DNA of 64,000 bases from Candidatus Nomurabacteria bacterium (lineage in GTDB: Bacteria; Patescibacteriota; Minisyncoccia; Phycocordibacterales; UBA5272), in the NCBI GenBank assembly GCA_040376695.1, contig JBEIQD010000003.1, positions 1,789-65,788 on the forward strand, written 5' to 3'. The notes beneath the pieces were generated by a model, which was not told where the DNA came from, did no database searches, and worked only from the letters and a program-made list of their open reading frames with translations. Shown one piece after another: positions 36,343-45,647 of this stretch; within the stretch, counting starts at the first letter, position 1, and the number at the start of each line of letters is the position of its first letter. The translations under genes and the position numbers were made by a program.

Positions 36343-37848
36343 ATGCTACAAATACAGCTGGATAAGGAAATACAGATACCAAAAGAAGTAAAAATGGTTT
36401 TAGCTGTTTTACAAGCCGCTTCACATGAAGCTTTTCTTGTCGGGGGTTGTGTTCGGGATCTTTTCATGGGAACTATTCCAAAAGACTACGATATTACGAC
36501 AAATGCTACCCCAGAGCAGATTATTGCTTTATTTCCAAAGACTTTTTACGAAAACACCTATGGGACAGTAGGTGTTGTTACGTGTGGGGAAGAGCTGGGT
36601 ATTCCTTGCATTGATGAAACGATAAAGGTTATCGAGGTAACCCCATATCGCCTAGAAGGGGAATATTCAGATAATCGCCATCCAGATGAGGTTAAGTGGA
36701 GTAAAAACATTGAAGATGATTTGAAACGCCGCGATTTCACATGTAACGCTATTGCTTATAACCCAATGACAGGCGAAGTGATTGATCCACATCATGGACA
36801 AGAAGATATCACCAATAGGATTATTCGAGCAGTAGGGGCGCCCGATGCTCGTTTCCAAGAGGATGCATTGCGGCTTATGCGTGCAATTCGCTTTGTTTCT
36901 CAGCTTGATTTTGATATTGATGGCGTTACACGTGAAAGCATTGAGAAAAATGCAGGCCTTCTTAAGAATGTTTCACGTGAAAGAGTGAGAGAGGAATTTG
37001 TAAAGCTTATTATGACCAACTTCCCAATGCGAGGAATCATCATGATGAAAGAAACAGGGCTTTTACAGGATGTTATCCCAGAACTTGAGCGTGGAATAGG
37101 GGTGGAACAGAATCAGGCACATAGTTACGACGTTTGGGAGCACAATTTGCGCACGTTACAGCATGCAGCAGATAAGAACTGGCCTTTACACGTACGTCTT
37201 TCTGCAATATTCCATGATATTTCAAAGCCAGAAACAAGGCGTTTCTCAAAAGAGAGTAAACAGTATACGTTTTACGGTCATGATGTGGTTGGTGGACGCG
37301 TTACACGTGAAATAATGGAAAGATTGAAGTTTCCAAAGGATATGATTGAGAAAGTCTCAATGTTTGTTCGTTGGCATATGTTTTTCTCAGACACTGAACA
37401 AATAACGCTTTCCGCTGTGCGAAGATTGATCACCAATGTTGGGAAGGATAATATCTGGGATCTTATTGATCTTAGAATCTGTGATCGTGTAGGAACAGGA
37501 CGTCCAAAGGAAGAGCCTTATAGATTAAGGATGTATCAGTCCCTTGTGGAACAGGCACTTAAAGATCCGATCTCACTTAAAATGCTAAAAACAGACGGGA
37601 AACGTATTATGGACGTTACACAAGAAACGCCGGGACCGAAAATAGGGTACGTTTTACACGCTTTGTTTGATGAAGTGCTAGAAGATCCTTTGAAAAACAC
37701 AGAGGAATATCTTGATGCAAAAGCAAAAGAACTGATGACACTCACAGTTACAGAGCTTAAAGCTTTAGGGGAAGCTGGGAAGGAGGGGATGGAACAGAAA
37801 AACGAGGAACAAGTGAAGGAAATCAGGAAACAATTCAAGGTAAAGTAG
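36343..37848 (+). CDS. cca: CCA-adding tRNA nucleotidyltransferase with HD domain
   Basis: Head domain FLVGGCVRDLFMG...DYDITT, RFVSQLDF and a C-terminal HD motif (HDISKP). The start is ambiguous: 36313, 36343 or 36394. Sits directly next to four tRNA genes that lack encoded CCA. Confidence 0.8.
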   Translation: MLQIQLDKEIQIPKEVKMVLAVLQAASHEAFLVGGCVRDLFMGTIPKDYDITTNATPEQIIALFPKTFYENTYGTVGVVTCGEELGIPCIDETIKVIEVTPYRLEGEYSDNRHPDEVKWSKNIEDDLKRRDFTCNAIAYNPMTGEVIDPHHGQEDITNRIIRAVGAPDARFQEDALRLMRAIRFVSQLDFDIDGVTRESIEKNAGLLKNVSRERVREEFVKLIMTNFPMRGIIMMKETGLLQDVIPELERGIGVEQNQAHSYDVWEHNLRTLQHAADKNWPLHVRLSAIFHDISKPETRRFSKESKQYTFYGHDVVGGRVTREIMERLKFPKDMIEKVSMFVRWHMFFSDTEQITLSAVRRLITNVGKDNIWDLIDLRICDRVGTGRPKEEPYRLRMYQSLVEQALKDPISLKMLKTDGKRIMDVTQETPGPKIGYVLHALFDEVLEDPLKNTEEYLDAKAKELMTLTVTELKALGEAGKEGMEQKNEEQVKEIRKQFKVK

Positions 37849-37870
37849 TAAAAGACATTACGCTGTATAG

Positions 37871-37910
37871 AGATATACATTTGTCCTTTATAAAGGACAA
37901 ATGTATATCT
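37871..37910. repeat. 40-bp perfect palindrome (20-bp arms, no spacer) in the cca-recJ intergenic region, overlapping the first in-frame ATG of recJ
   Basis: agatatacatttgtccttta | taaaggacaaatgtatatct. Confidence 0.7.
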
Positions 37911-37924
37911 GGTATACTCGAGCT

Positions 37925-39655
37925 ATGAATATCTCCCTGGATGAGCTCCATCCGCTTACTCTTACGCTCCTTAAAAAAAGGGGAATAGAGGAATCAAACA
38001 TGATGGATTTTCTGAATCCTTCGTACGAGAAACATGTTGGCGACCCATTTCAGATATATGGAATACCTAAGGCTGTAGAAAGAATACTGCTCGCACTTCA
38101 CAGAAAAGAGAAGATTGCGATTTACAGTGATTATGATTGTGATGGGATTCCGGGCGGTGTGCTTCTACGTGAATTCTTTGATGGGATTGGGTACCCAGTA
38201 GATATTTACGTGCCGCATCGTCATAACGAAGGATATGGAGTGCACAACCATGCAATCGATCTTCTTAAGGAGAAAGGTATCAGTCTGATCATTACGGTTG
38301 ACTTAGCTATTACTAATATTGAGGAGATTGCGTACGCTAAGTCTGTTGGTGTTGATTTCATTGTGACTGATCACCATTTACCTATACACATGGAGGGGAA
38401 AGGGCAGGTGGTGCCTGATGCTGTTGCTGTTATTAATTCAAAACAAGATCTTTGTACCTATGATGATGATATGTTGTGTGGGTGTGCTGTGGCCTGGAAA
38501 CTTGCCTGCGCGGTGCTTTCTCAGCTGCGAATAGAGTCAGTGAATGATGAGGTGTATCAAAAAGTACAGACACTTCCGCTTGGTTGGGAAAAATGGATGC
38601 TTGATTTGGTTGGTATTTCAACAATTGCTGATATGGTACCGCTTCAGAAAGAAAATAGAGCACTTGCTCACTATGGTTTGAGGGTTCTTCAGAAAACAAA
38701 ACGTCCGGGGTTGTTGCACATATTTAATGAGCAGCGCATGAAAAAAGAGAATCTTACGGAAGAAGATATTGCTTTTACTATTGCACCAAGGATTAATGCA
38801 GCAGGGAGAATGGGTTCACCAATTCAGGCACATCATATGTTGTATGAGAAAGATGTAGTAAAGGCAGAGAATTTTGCGCGCGATTTGGAACTTTTAAATA
38901 TTGAACGAAAAGCAGGAGTAAAGGATATTACTGAAGGTATCGACTTTAATAGTTTACGTCCAAGACGCGAATCTGCTGATTCGAATAACGTTGTGGTAGT
39001 GGGGGATATGAGCTGGGGACCAGGAATCCTTGGACTTATTGCTCAGAAGATAATTGATGAAACGGGAAAACCGACGTTTGTGTGGGGGCAAGGGGACGAT
39101 AAGACAACTGTGAAAGGATCATGTCGCTCAAAAGGGGATGTGCATGTTGTGGAATTGATGGCGAGAGTTCAAGAACTTTTTCCTGGAGTTATTACGCATT
39201 CTGGTGGACATGAACAAGCGGGAGGCTTTTCATGTGCTGTTGATAGAATTAGTGAACTTTCAGAAGCATTAAATGAGTCATATAAACATGTTGAGCTACA
39301 AGAGCTCGGTAACCAAGAGATTCTTATTGATGCAGAGCTTGGTATGGATGATATTCACGAAGTAACGTATCGCGCTATTTCACCCCTTGCGCCATTTGGT
39401 GTTGGAAATCCAAAGCCTGTGTTTAGTTTCAAAGACGTTACACCATTATCAGTGCGAAGATTTGGAAAGAAGAGTGAACATTTAGAAGTTGTCTATCCGC
39501 GAACTAAAGGGGGGCAGGTAAAATCCATTAAGTTTTTTGTAGATAAAGATATGGAAACAAAAGCTACACAGCCACACACACTTTTAGCTCACATGGAAAA
39601 AAGTTATTTTGCAGGGAAGACGGAACTACGACTGAGAATCGTTGATATCAGGTAG
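37925..39655 (+). CDS. recJ: single-stranded-DNA-specific exonuclease RecJ
   Basis: DHH motifs (DYDCDGI, ITVDLA, VTDHH) and DHHA1 (GGHEQAGG). The start at 37925 (MNISLDEL) is preferred over 37901, which lies inside the palindrome. Confidence 0.85.
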   Translation: MNISLDELHPLTLTLLKKRGIEESNMMDFLNPSYEKHVGDPFQIYGIPKAVERILLALHRKEKIAIYSDYDCDGIPGGVLLREFFDGIGYPVDIYVPHRHNEGYGVHNHAIDLLKEKGISLIITVDLAITNIEEIAYAKSVGVDFIVTDHHLPIHMEGKGQVVPDAVAVINSKQDLCTYDDDMLCGCAVAWKLACAVLSQLRIESVNDEVYQKVQTLPLGWEKWMLDLVGISTIADMVPLQKENRALAHYGLRVLQKTKRPGLLHIFNEQRMKKENLTEEDIAFTIAPRINAAGRMGSPIQAHHMLYEKDVVKAENFARDLELLNIERKAGVKDITEGIDFNSLRPRRESADSNNVVVVGDMSWGPGILGLIAQKIIDETGKPTFVWGQGDDKTTVKGSCRSKGDVHVVELMARVQELFPGVITHSGGHEQAGGFSCAVDRISELSEALNESYKHVELQELGNQEILIDAELGMDDIHEVTYRAISPLAPFGVGNPKPVFSFKDVTPLSVRRFGKKSEHLEVVYPRTKGGQVKSIKFFVDKDMETKATQPHTLLAHMEKSYFAGKTELRLRIVDIR

Positions 39656-39670
39656 TGGTATACTTTCCCT

Positions 39671-40186
39671 ATGAAATTAAGTATCTATACGGACGGATCA
39701 AGTCGCGGGAACCCAGGTCCTGGTGGTTGGGCGGCAATTATTATTACGGAAGCAGAGGTGATTGAGTTGGGAGGGTTTGAGGATCACACAACTAACAATC
39801 GCATGGAGCTTATGGGGGCCATTAAGGGTCTGCGAGAAATTGGGCCACATATGCATGTTGAATCAGTAGAAATATTTACTGATAGTCAATATGTGAAGAA
39901 AGGGATGAGTGAATGGATTACTGGGTGGATTGCTAAGGGATGGAAAACTTCAACGAAGAAACCAGTGCTCAATCAAGATCTATGGGAAGAACTTCACGCA
40001 GAAGAGAAGCGATTAAAAAATGCAGGAGTCGCGATTGTATGGACATACGTTCGTGCTCATGTGGGTGTTCCTCTGAACGAACGAGCAGACGTGATCGCTA
40101 CATCATGCGCTGATTCAGTCATAGAAAAAGGCGCAACTAATTTGCAACTATACAGAGGGAGAAAAGGTGACTATTCTTATTTCTAG
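39671..40186 (+). CDS. rnhA: ribonuclease HI
   Basis: IYTDGSSRGNPGPGGWAAII, TNNRMEL, TDSQYV catalytic DEDD residues. Confidence 0.85.
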   Translation: MKLSIYTDGSSRGNPGPGGWAAIIITEAEVIELGGFEDHTTNNRMELMGAIKGLREIGPHMHVESVEIFTDSQYVKKGMSEWITGWIAKGWKTSTKKPVLNQDLWEELHAEEKRLKNAGVAIVWTYVRAHVGVPLNERADVIATSCADSVIEKGATNLQLYRGRKGDYSYF

Positions 40187-40201
40187 AAACCTCAGCCAGG
40201 C

Positions 40202-41722
40202 ATGCACCTAAAAACAATTATTTTTGTACTAGGGGTTGCCGCAGGAATTACTATTGGATTTGTTTCTTCGTTTGCGACTGAAATGATAGTTGCAGTACTA
40301 GTGCTCGCTGCAGTTCAGACAAGTATAGTGTTCGTGAGTAAATATTGGAGAAGAGAGTCGCATGTCAAAGACATGCGACTCTCTTTGTTTACAATATTGT
40401 TCTGTGTTGGAGTTGTGCTTGGCGCTGTACGTACGCAATTTGTTGAAGAAAAAATTCCATACGCATGTGAGTCATCATGTGTCTTTGACGCAACAATTAT
40501 TTCATTCCCTGAAACAAAAGATGCCTATCAAGTTTTTACTGTGCGACCAGTTGAAGCGGAACGCGTAACATATGATGTACAAATTCGTGCACCGCTCTAT
40601 CCACGTTTCAAAATAGGGGAGACAGTGAGTGTCCAAGGTAAATCACTTTTGCCAAGTGTGATTATGCCACATAACGGAGAAAAAAGTTTTGATTATATTT
40701 CGTATCTTCATACAAAAAATATTGGAAGCGAGATGATGTTTCCAAGTATAGAAGTAGTGGATAGTGAAGCTCACTCGGTGCAAGAATATTTAGGAAGATG
40801 GAAAGAAGATTTAATTATGCGATTAGGTTTGTACGTTTCTTCCCCAGCGTCTGCACTTTCAAGCGGAATGCTCTTTGGAGATTCTTCTATGTCGAAAGAA
40901 CTTATTCAAACATTTCGCACCTCAGGACTTTCACACATTGTTGTTCTCTCTGGTTTTAACATTGCAATTGTTATCACGTCCATTTTATTTGTGTTCATGT
41001 TTTTGCCACTTGTTATGCGTATTGCACTCGCTTCATTTTTTGTCATTATGTTTGTGATGATGGTAGGAGGGGAGGCAAGTGTGATGAGAGCAACTGCGAT
41101 GGCGTTCATCGGATTACTTGCGACACTTCTTGGTCGAGCGTATGTTGCGCGCCAAGCACTCATCATTTCTTTCCTTGCAATCATTCTGTACGAACCACAA
41201 GCACTACGTGCGGATGCCTCTCTTCATCTTTCATTTCTCGCAACCGCAGGAATTGTCTATGCGAGTGCTCCACTAGAAAAGATTCTACAAAAGTATATGA
41301 AGAATAAATATATGCTTTCACTTTTCACAACAACTCTCGCTGCGTATTTCGCCACACTCCCGTATGTCATGTATACATTTGGAACAGTCTCACTGTATGC
41401 GCTCATTGCAAACGTACTCGTACTTCCACTGATTCCAATCACCATGCTATTGTCTTTTATAGTTGTTTGCATGTCCTATATGTCTGAAACTTTGTCGCTT
41501 GGTTTTGGGTTCGTGGATACTCTAGTGAGTAACATAATTCTTTTTGTTGCACGTATTGTGGAAGCCTTACCCTTTTCAAGTAGTAGTTTTTCTATCTCAT
41601 TCACAGGTATGTGTGTCATGTATCTAGGCGTTTCATTACTTGTTATATATCTACATAACAAAAAGAATGAAACGATTGAAACAACAACGGAGGGATATCT
41701 TACAGATATAATTAAATACTAA
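40202..41722 (+). CDS. comEC: ComEC/Rec2 DNA-uptake channel, N-terminal and Competence-domain part (no lactamase domain)
   Basis: 506 aa, polytopic; the SGLSHIVVLSGFNIAIV Competence-domain signature; ends before any MBL domain. Confidence 0.7.
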   Translation: MHLKTIIFVLGVAAGITIGFVSSFATEMIVAVLVLAAVQTSIVFVSKYWRRESHVKDMRLSLFTILFCVGVVLGAVRTQFVEEKIPYACESSCVFDATIISFPETKDAYQVFTVRPVEAERVTYDVQIRAPLYPRFKIGETVSVQGKSLLPSVIMPHNGEKSFDYISYLHTKNIGSEMMFPSIEVVDSEAHSVQEYLGRWKEDLIMRLGLYVSSPASALSSGMLFGDSSMSKELIQTFRTSGLSHIVVLSGFNIAIVITSILFVFMFLPLVMRIALASFFVIMFVMMVGGEASVMRATAMAFIGLLATLLGRAYVARQALIISFLAIILYEPQALRADASLHLSFLATAGIVYASAPLEKILQKYMKNKYMLSLFTTTLAAYFATLPYVMYTFGTVSLYALIANVLVLPLIPITMLLSFIVVCMSYMSETLSLGFGFVDTLVSNIILFVARIVEALPFSSSSFSISFTGMCVMYLGVSLLVIYLHNKKNETIETTTEGYLTDIIKY

Positions 41723-41734
41723 TCTCTGTAAATT

Positions 41735-42313
41735 CTACTGTTTAGCTAATTTCTTAGAAATATTTTTGTAAACGATGAACGCAATCGTGAGTCCTATGAT
41801 AAGTGAAACGCCAAGGAAAGAAGAGAGTGAGACGTTCTCACCAAACACATATCCAAGGTATATGATTCCTGTTGCCCAGATGGTTGATGCTACGAGAAAG
41901 ATTCCGAGCGTGAGAAGGGTCGGTGTTCTAGCAATACCAGCGACGATTGGAATGAATGCTTTTACTGACGGAGTAAGTTTCCCTAAAAAAATCCACCACA
42001 TACCACGACGAGAAAAAGTGTCCGAGAGAGCGCCGTGAACTGCATTAAATGTTTGCTCATTCATCATCAGCATTTTACGAGCAAGTGGTCGTTCATATTT
42101 TTTAATGAGAGAGTAGGTGATGAAATTACCTATCGTGTTTCCAAGTGCTCCAGCAAGCACTGCTCCAGCAAACAATACATTTCCTGTGCTCACAAAGTAG
42201 CCGACAATAAGATAGAGAATTTGAGATGACGGAAAATTGACGACACCGTTTGCGAGCATCATGAAAAATATCGCAGCGTACGATCCAGAGAGAATGAGTG
42301 AGTGTAAGTCCAT
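41735..42313 (-). CDS. dedA: DedA/SNARE-associated (TVP38/TMEM64) family membrane protein
   Basis: 192 aa; the G.F.R..P...K....G..Y-type DedA pattern (LTPSVKAFIPIVAGIARTP). Confidence 0.65.
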   Translation of the reverse strand: MDLHSLILSGSYAAIFFMMLANGVVNFPSSQILYLIVGYFVSTGNVLFAGAVLAGALGNTIGNFITYSLIKKYERPLARKMLMMNEQTFNAVHGALSDTFSRRGMWWIFLGKLTPSVKAFIPIVAGIARTPTLLTLGIFLVASTIWATGIIYLGYVFGENVSLSSFLGVSLIIGLTIAFIVYKNISKKLAKQ

Positions 42314-42367
42314 GAGGCTAGTGTACTAGAGAAGTAAGGTGACATCCACACGAGAGCAAATGAACAG

Positions 42368-43291
42368 ATGGGGTGCTACCATTATGGTATGAACATATGG
42401 TTGGAAGGTAGAAGAAAAAGTATAGAATCTTTTTTCGACAACTATGGAAAAGTTAGCATTGTTTCCTTTTCATTTTTCCTGAGCATTATATCTGTGTGTG
42501 TACTTGTGACTCTCATTGCTCCACAAAAGTTACGAGTATCATTTTTAGATGTTGGACAAGGTGACTCAATTTTTATACAAACACCAAGTGGACACACTAT
42601 GCTTGTTGATGGCGGAGCGAGCGATGTTGTTCTCACACGATTAGGTGAGGAGATGAATTATTTCAACAAGAATATCGACGTGATGGTAGCAACGCACGGA
42701 GATGCAGATCACGTCACGGGACTTATTCCAATACTGGAAAAATATACTGTCGAAAATATTGTTGTGTCGCCCGTACAAGCTGAAACTTCAATTTTTTCTG
42801 ATCTTGAAAAACACATACAAAAAGAGAATGGAAATGTGTACGTTGGTGCACGAGGTGACGAGATTGATTTTGGTGACGGAGTGGTTGCTCACATTCTCTA
42901 TCCGCAGAAAAATATTTCAGAGAGGACGGATACAAATGATACGTCAGTAAGTCTTGTGCTTACCTACGGAGATCATTCATTTTTGTTAACAGGAGATTTA
43001 ACGAGTACGTATGAACCACAACTTTTAGGAACTTCACTTCCTAAAAATCTAACCGTGTATAAAGCTGGACACCATGGTTCCAAAACTTCATCAGGTGTTC
43101 AGTTACTTACTTATATTCGACCAGAGTATTCAGTCATCAGTGCGGGGAAAGAAAATAAATATGGACACCCAAATCCAGAAACAGTAGAGCGATTACAAAT
43201 ATACAGCAAAGAAATTCTCTCAACGATTGATCATGGAACAATCTCATTTGAGAGCGATGGAAGAATAGTTGAGCTAGAGATTACTAAATAG
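42368..43291 (+). CDS. ComEC-type metallo-beta-lactamase domain protein with an N-terminal TM anchor (the detached C-terminal module of ComEC)
   Basis: FLDVGQGDSIFIQTPSGHTMLVDGG ... HGDADH ... KAGHHGS zinc-binding motifs of the ComEC lactamase_B domain. Confidence 0.7.
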   Translation: MGCYHYGMNIWLEGRRKSIESFFDNYGKVSIVSFSFFLSIISVCVLVTLIAPQKLRVSFLDVGQGDSIFIQTPSGHTMLVDGGASDVVLTRLGEEMNYFNKNIDVMVATHGDADHVTGLIPILEKYTVENIVVSPVQAETSIFSDLEKHIQKENGNVYVGARGDEIDFGDGVVAHILYPQKNISERTDTNDTSVSLVLTYGDHSFLLTGDLTSTYEPQLLGTSLPKNLTVYKAGHHGSKTSSGVQLLTYIRPEYSVISAGKENKYGHPNPETVERLQIYSKEILSTIDHGTISFESDGRIVELEITK

Positions 43292-43310
43292 CGCAAGTAA
43301 TTTGCACATA

Positions 43311-43688
43311 CTATAAACTAGAAACGGTAAATTGGATCCCTAATTCTTTTGTTGCTTGTTCTAAAACATGAAGGTAGGGAAGTAAGCTTGTGTCTTCTGG
43401 TCTTGTGTAGAAGATGATTTCAGTTACGGCACTCTCTTTAATTTGGCCTACTACTAGTGAGACAATTTTCTGGATACTATCCTCTGAAAGCAGGTGATCA
43501 TAGTACTCTATTTCTTTATTCTCAGATATGAGCCCATGTTTCCCGGAAAGAATAAAGAAAGGAATGTTTGAAGCGTGAGCAGTATCTCTAATAGAGAGGA
43601 TGCGTGCAGAGGTGTATCGTTTCCAGGCAGGAAGAAATCCTTCATTTTTTACTTTTTCTTTACTGCAGAAAGTACAGAGTATTTTCAT
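43311..43688 (-). CDS. hypothetical protein
   Basis: 125-aa ORF; no recognised motif. Confidence 0.4.
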   Translation of the reverse strand: MKILCTFCSKEKVKNEGFLPAWKRYTSARILSIRDTAHASNIPFFILSGKHGLISENKEIEYYDHLLSEDSIQKIVSLVVGQIKESAVTEIIFYTRPEDTSLLPYLHVLEQATKELGIQFTVSSL

Positions 43689-43774
43689 GAGGTTACGGTT
43701 TTAGTATAACAAAAGTGACGTAGTGAGTATTTTAGGTTAGAATTGTATCTTGTTCATTAAGAGGAAAGTGGTTG

Positions 43775-43915
43775 ATGGCTGAAAAAGAAAAGATTCCCCA
43801 TGGCAAGGAGCACTTGCTCCAAAGATTCATTCCCAATCTTTCAGAAAAGGATCAAGAAAGGAAACTAAAAGCAGCAGCTCAAAAACGATCAGTCGAAAGA
43901 GAAAGGGAGAAATAG
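43775..43915 (+). CDS. small basic protein (46 aa), candidate unannotated sORF
   Basis: A strong SD GAGGAAAG sits 6 nt upstream of the ATG; the ORF MAEKEKIPHGKEHLLQRFIPNLSEKDQERKLKAAAQKRSVEREREK ends directly at a perfect terminator hairpin. It is below the ORF-track size cutoff. Confidence 0.3.
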   Translation: MAEKEKIPHGKEHLLQRFIPNLSEKDQERKLKAAAQKRSVEREREK

Positions 43916-43946
43916 AAAAGCGCGACCAATTGGTCGCGCTTTTGAA
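43916..43946. terminator. bidirectional terminator between the sORF and rpmB
   Basis: aaaagcgcgacc-aa-ttggtcgcgctttt. Confidence 0.7.
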
Positions 43947-43982
43947 TTAGTAAATTCACGGCTTGGCCGTAAATAAATCAGG

Positions 43983-44186
43983 TTAGAGCTTGATCTGGAG
44001 GTGAAGTCCACGCTTCATGCAAGATGTACAAATCTTTACACGAGGTCCGTTAGGAATACGTGCCCACTGGAGGTTTGGGTACTTACGACGGTTGCCTGCT
44101 GGGTTGAATTTAGTAGCACGAACAGAGTTAGAATATTTTCCAACGACTTTTGAGCCTTTTAGACAGAGTGGACAGATGTTTGCCAT
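43983..44186 (-). CDS. rpmB: 50S ribosomal protein L28
   Basis: 67 aa; MANICPLCLKG...KYSNSV..T.....N.. is a canonical L28. Confidence 0.85.
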   Translation of the reverse strand: MANICPLCLKGSKVVGKYSNSVRATKFNPAGNRRKYPNLQWARIPNGPRVKICTSCMKRGLHLQIKL

Positions 44187-44343
44187 AAAATTAGAGATTT
44201 AGACACCAGATAATAGATACAAAAGCATCTAAAATCAAAGTTCCTAAATACTATCATGATTTTACCTGCGCCGCAAGAGCCCTACGTCCTCTAAACCTAT
44301 ATACCCATGCTTAAAATGAGCCGCCCTTGCTATACTCATATCT

Positions 44344-44964
44344 ATGATAGAAGCTATAAACATTTCACAAGCCATCTTTACGTTCATTGTTATAATCTAC
44401 TCGATTATTCTCCATGAAATAGCTCACGGCTATGCCGCATACATCCAAGGAGACGAAACGGCTTATAGAATGGGGAGATTAACCCTTAATCCACTGCCCC
44501 ACATCGATATGGTGGGTAGTGTGTTTGTACCGTTATTTGCGTTCCTCAGCCTAGGAACATTCTTCGGATGGGCAAACCCAGTTCCGTATAACGTTCATAA
44601 CATTCGTACCAAGATTGGTCACGCTTTCGTTGCAGCGGCAGGAGTTTTAACGAATCTCCTCCTCGCTCTCCTTACAGGAATAGTATTTAAGGTGCTTGCA
44701 GCACAAGGGGTTCTAACGTATGACATGGGTGTTGCGCTCCTCACTATCATCAAGATAAACGTTTCACTCGCATTCTTTAACCTAATTCCTGTTCCACCGT
44801 TTGACGGAATGAGTATTCTTCAAGCGCTTTTCCCACGACTTCATATAAATTCAAGGGTTATCTACAATCCGCTCTATATGATAGGAGCAATTTTGGTGGC
44901 ATCTGTCCTTTACAGTATGTTCATGCCAACACTCTTTGGTTGGGTTACCTCGCTTCTCTCGTAA
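44344..44964 (+). CDS. site-2 protease (M50) family zinc metalloprotease
   Basis: HEIAH zinc-binding motif within TM helix 1, about five further TM segments, and an FNLIP-like sequence FNLIPVPPFDG. Confidence 0.7.
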   Translation: MIEAINISQAIFTFIVIIYSIILHEIAHGYAAYIQGDETAYRMGRLTLNPLPHIDMVGSVFVPLFAFLSLGTFFGWANPVPYNVHNIRTKIGHAFVAAAGVLTNLLLALLTGIVFKVLAAQGVLTYDMGVALLTIIKINVSLAFFNLIPVPPFDGMSILQALFPRLHINSRVIYNPLYMIGAILVASVLYSMFMPTLFGWVTSLLS

Positions 44965-45040
44965 ATATATGAAAGTTGTCCACAGTTAAGGACATTCATT
45001 GTCTTTTATATATGTCCTTTTAACGTATACTGAATGGACG

Positions 45041-45547
45041 ATGAAATCTTCTGTAAAAGTTAACCAACGCCCAACCTCTCGCGCAACCGTAAAAAGCGCT
45101 CCTAAGAAAAGCGTTTCATCACGCGTAGTCAGAAAAAATACAAGCTCTCTTTCTCGAATTGGATATGCCACCAAGCGTTACGGGAAACAAACTCTTCGAG
45201 ATATATTACTTTCAAAAACATTTCACAGCTCGTTTAAAGTATTAGTGGGTCTTCTTATCTCTGGGTCGGCGCTCTACGGTGCGTATGCCTTCATTGGAAA
45301 CAGTATCGCTAACGATGTCGTTGTTTCAAAGTCTGAAATCTTAGCACGAGTTGCAAAACACACCCCATTACCGGAAGGTGAACCAGAAGCTGTTGTGCGT
45401 GTGCAGGATCCAGAGTCACTCAAGAAACAGAATAATCTCTATGAAAACGTAAAAGAGGGAGATTATATAGTGATTTACCCGACTCTTGCTGTGGTGTACG
45501 ATCTTAGAAATGATCATATTGTTGCGCTGAAAAGCACACATAGGTAA
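45041..45547 (+). CDS. hypothetical membrane-anchored protein
   Basis: The internal start MKSSVKVNQ is preferred; it has one TM helix (VLVGLLISGSALYGAYAFI). Confidence 0.4.
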   Translation: MKSSVKVNQRPTSRATVKSAPKKSVSSRVVRKNTSSLSRIGYATKRYGKQTLRDILLSKTFHSSFKVLVGLLISGSALYGAYAFIGNSIANDVVVSKSEILARVAKHTPLPEGEPEAVVRVQDPESLKKQNNLYENVKEGDYIVIYPTLAVVYDLRNDHIVALKSTHR

Positions 45548-45598
45548 AGTTTTCTTGTTCGTGTAGCTTAAAAAGTAAGCAAAAGCGAACGGGAGGTC

Positions 45599-45627
45599 TT
45601 GCAAAAACAGAGTATATTTGTTATAGT
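45599..45627 (+). promoter_or_regulatory. sigma-70-like promoter of rpsL (TTGCAA -17- TATAGT)
   Basis: The -35 TTGCAA lies at 45599-45604, followed by a 17-nt spacer and the -10 TATAGT at 45622-45627, about 20 nt upstream of the rpsL ATG (45648). Confidence 0.45.
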
Positions 45628-45647
45628 TGCAACCACTATTTAAGCGT

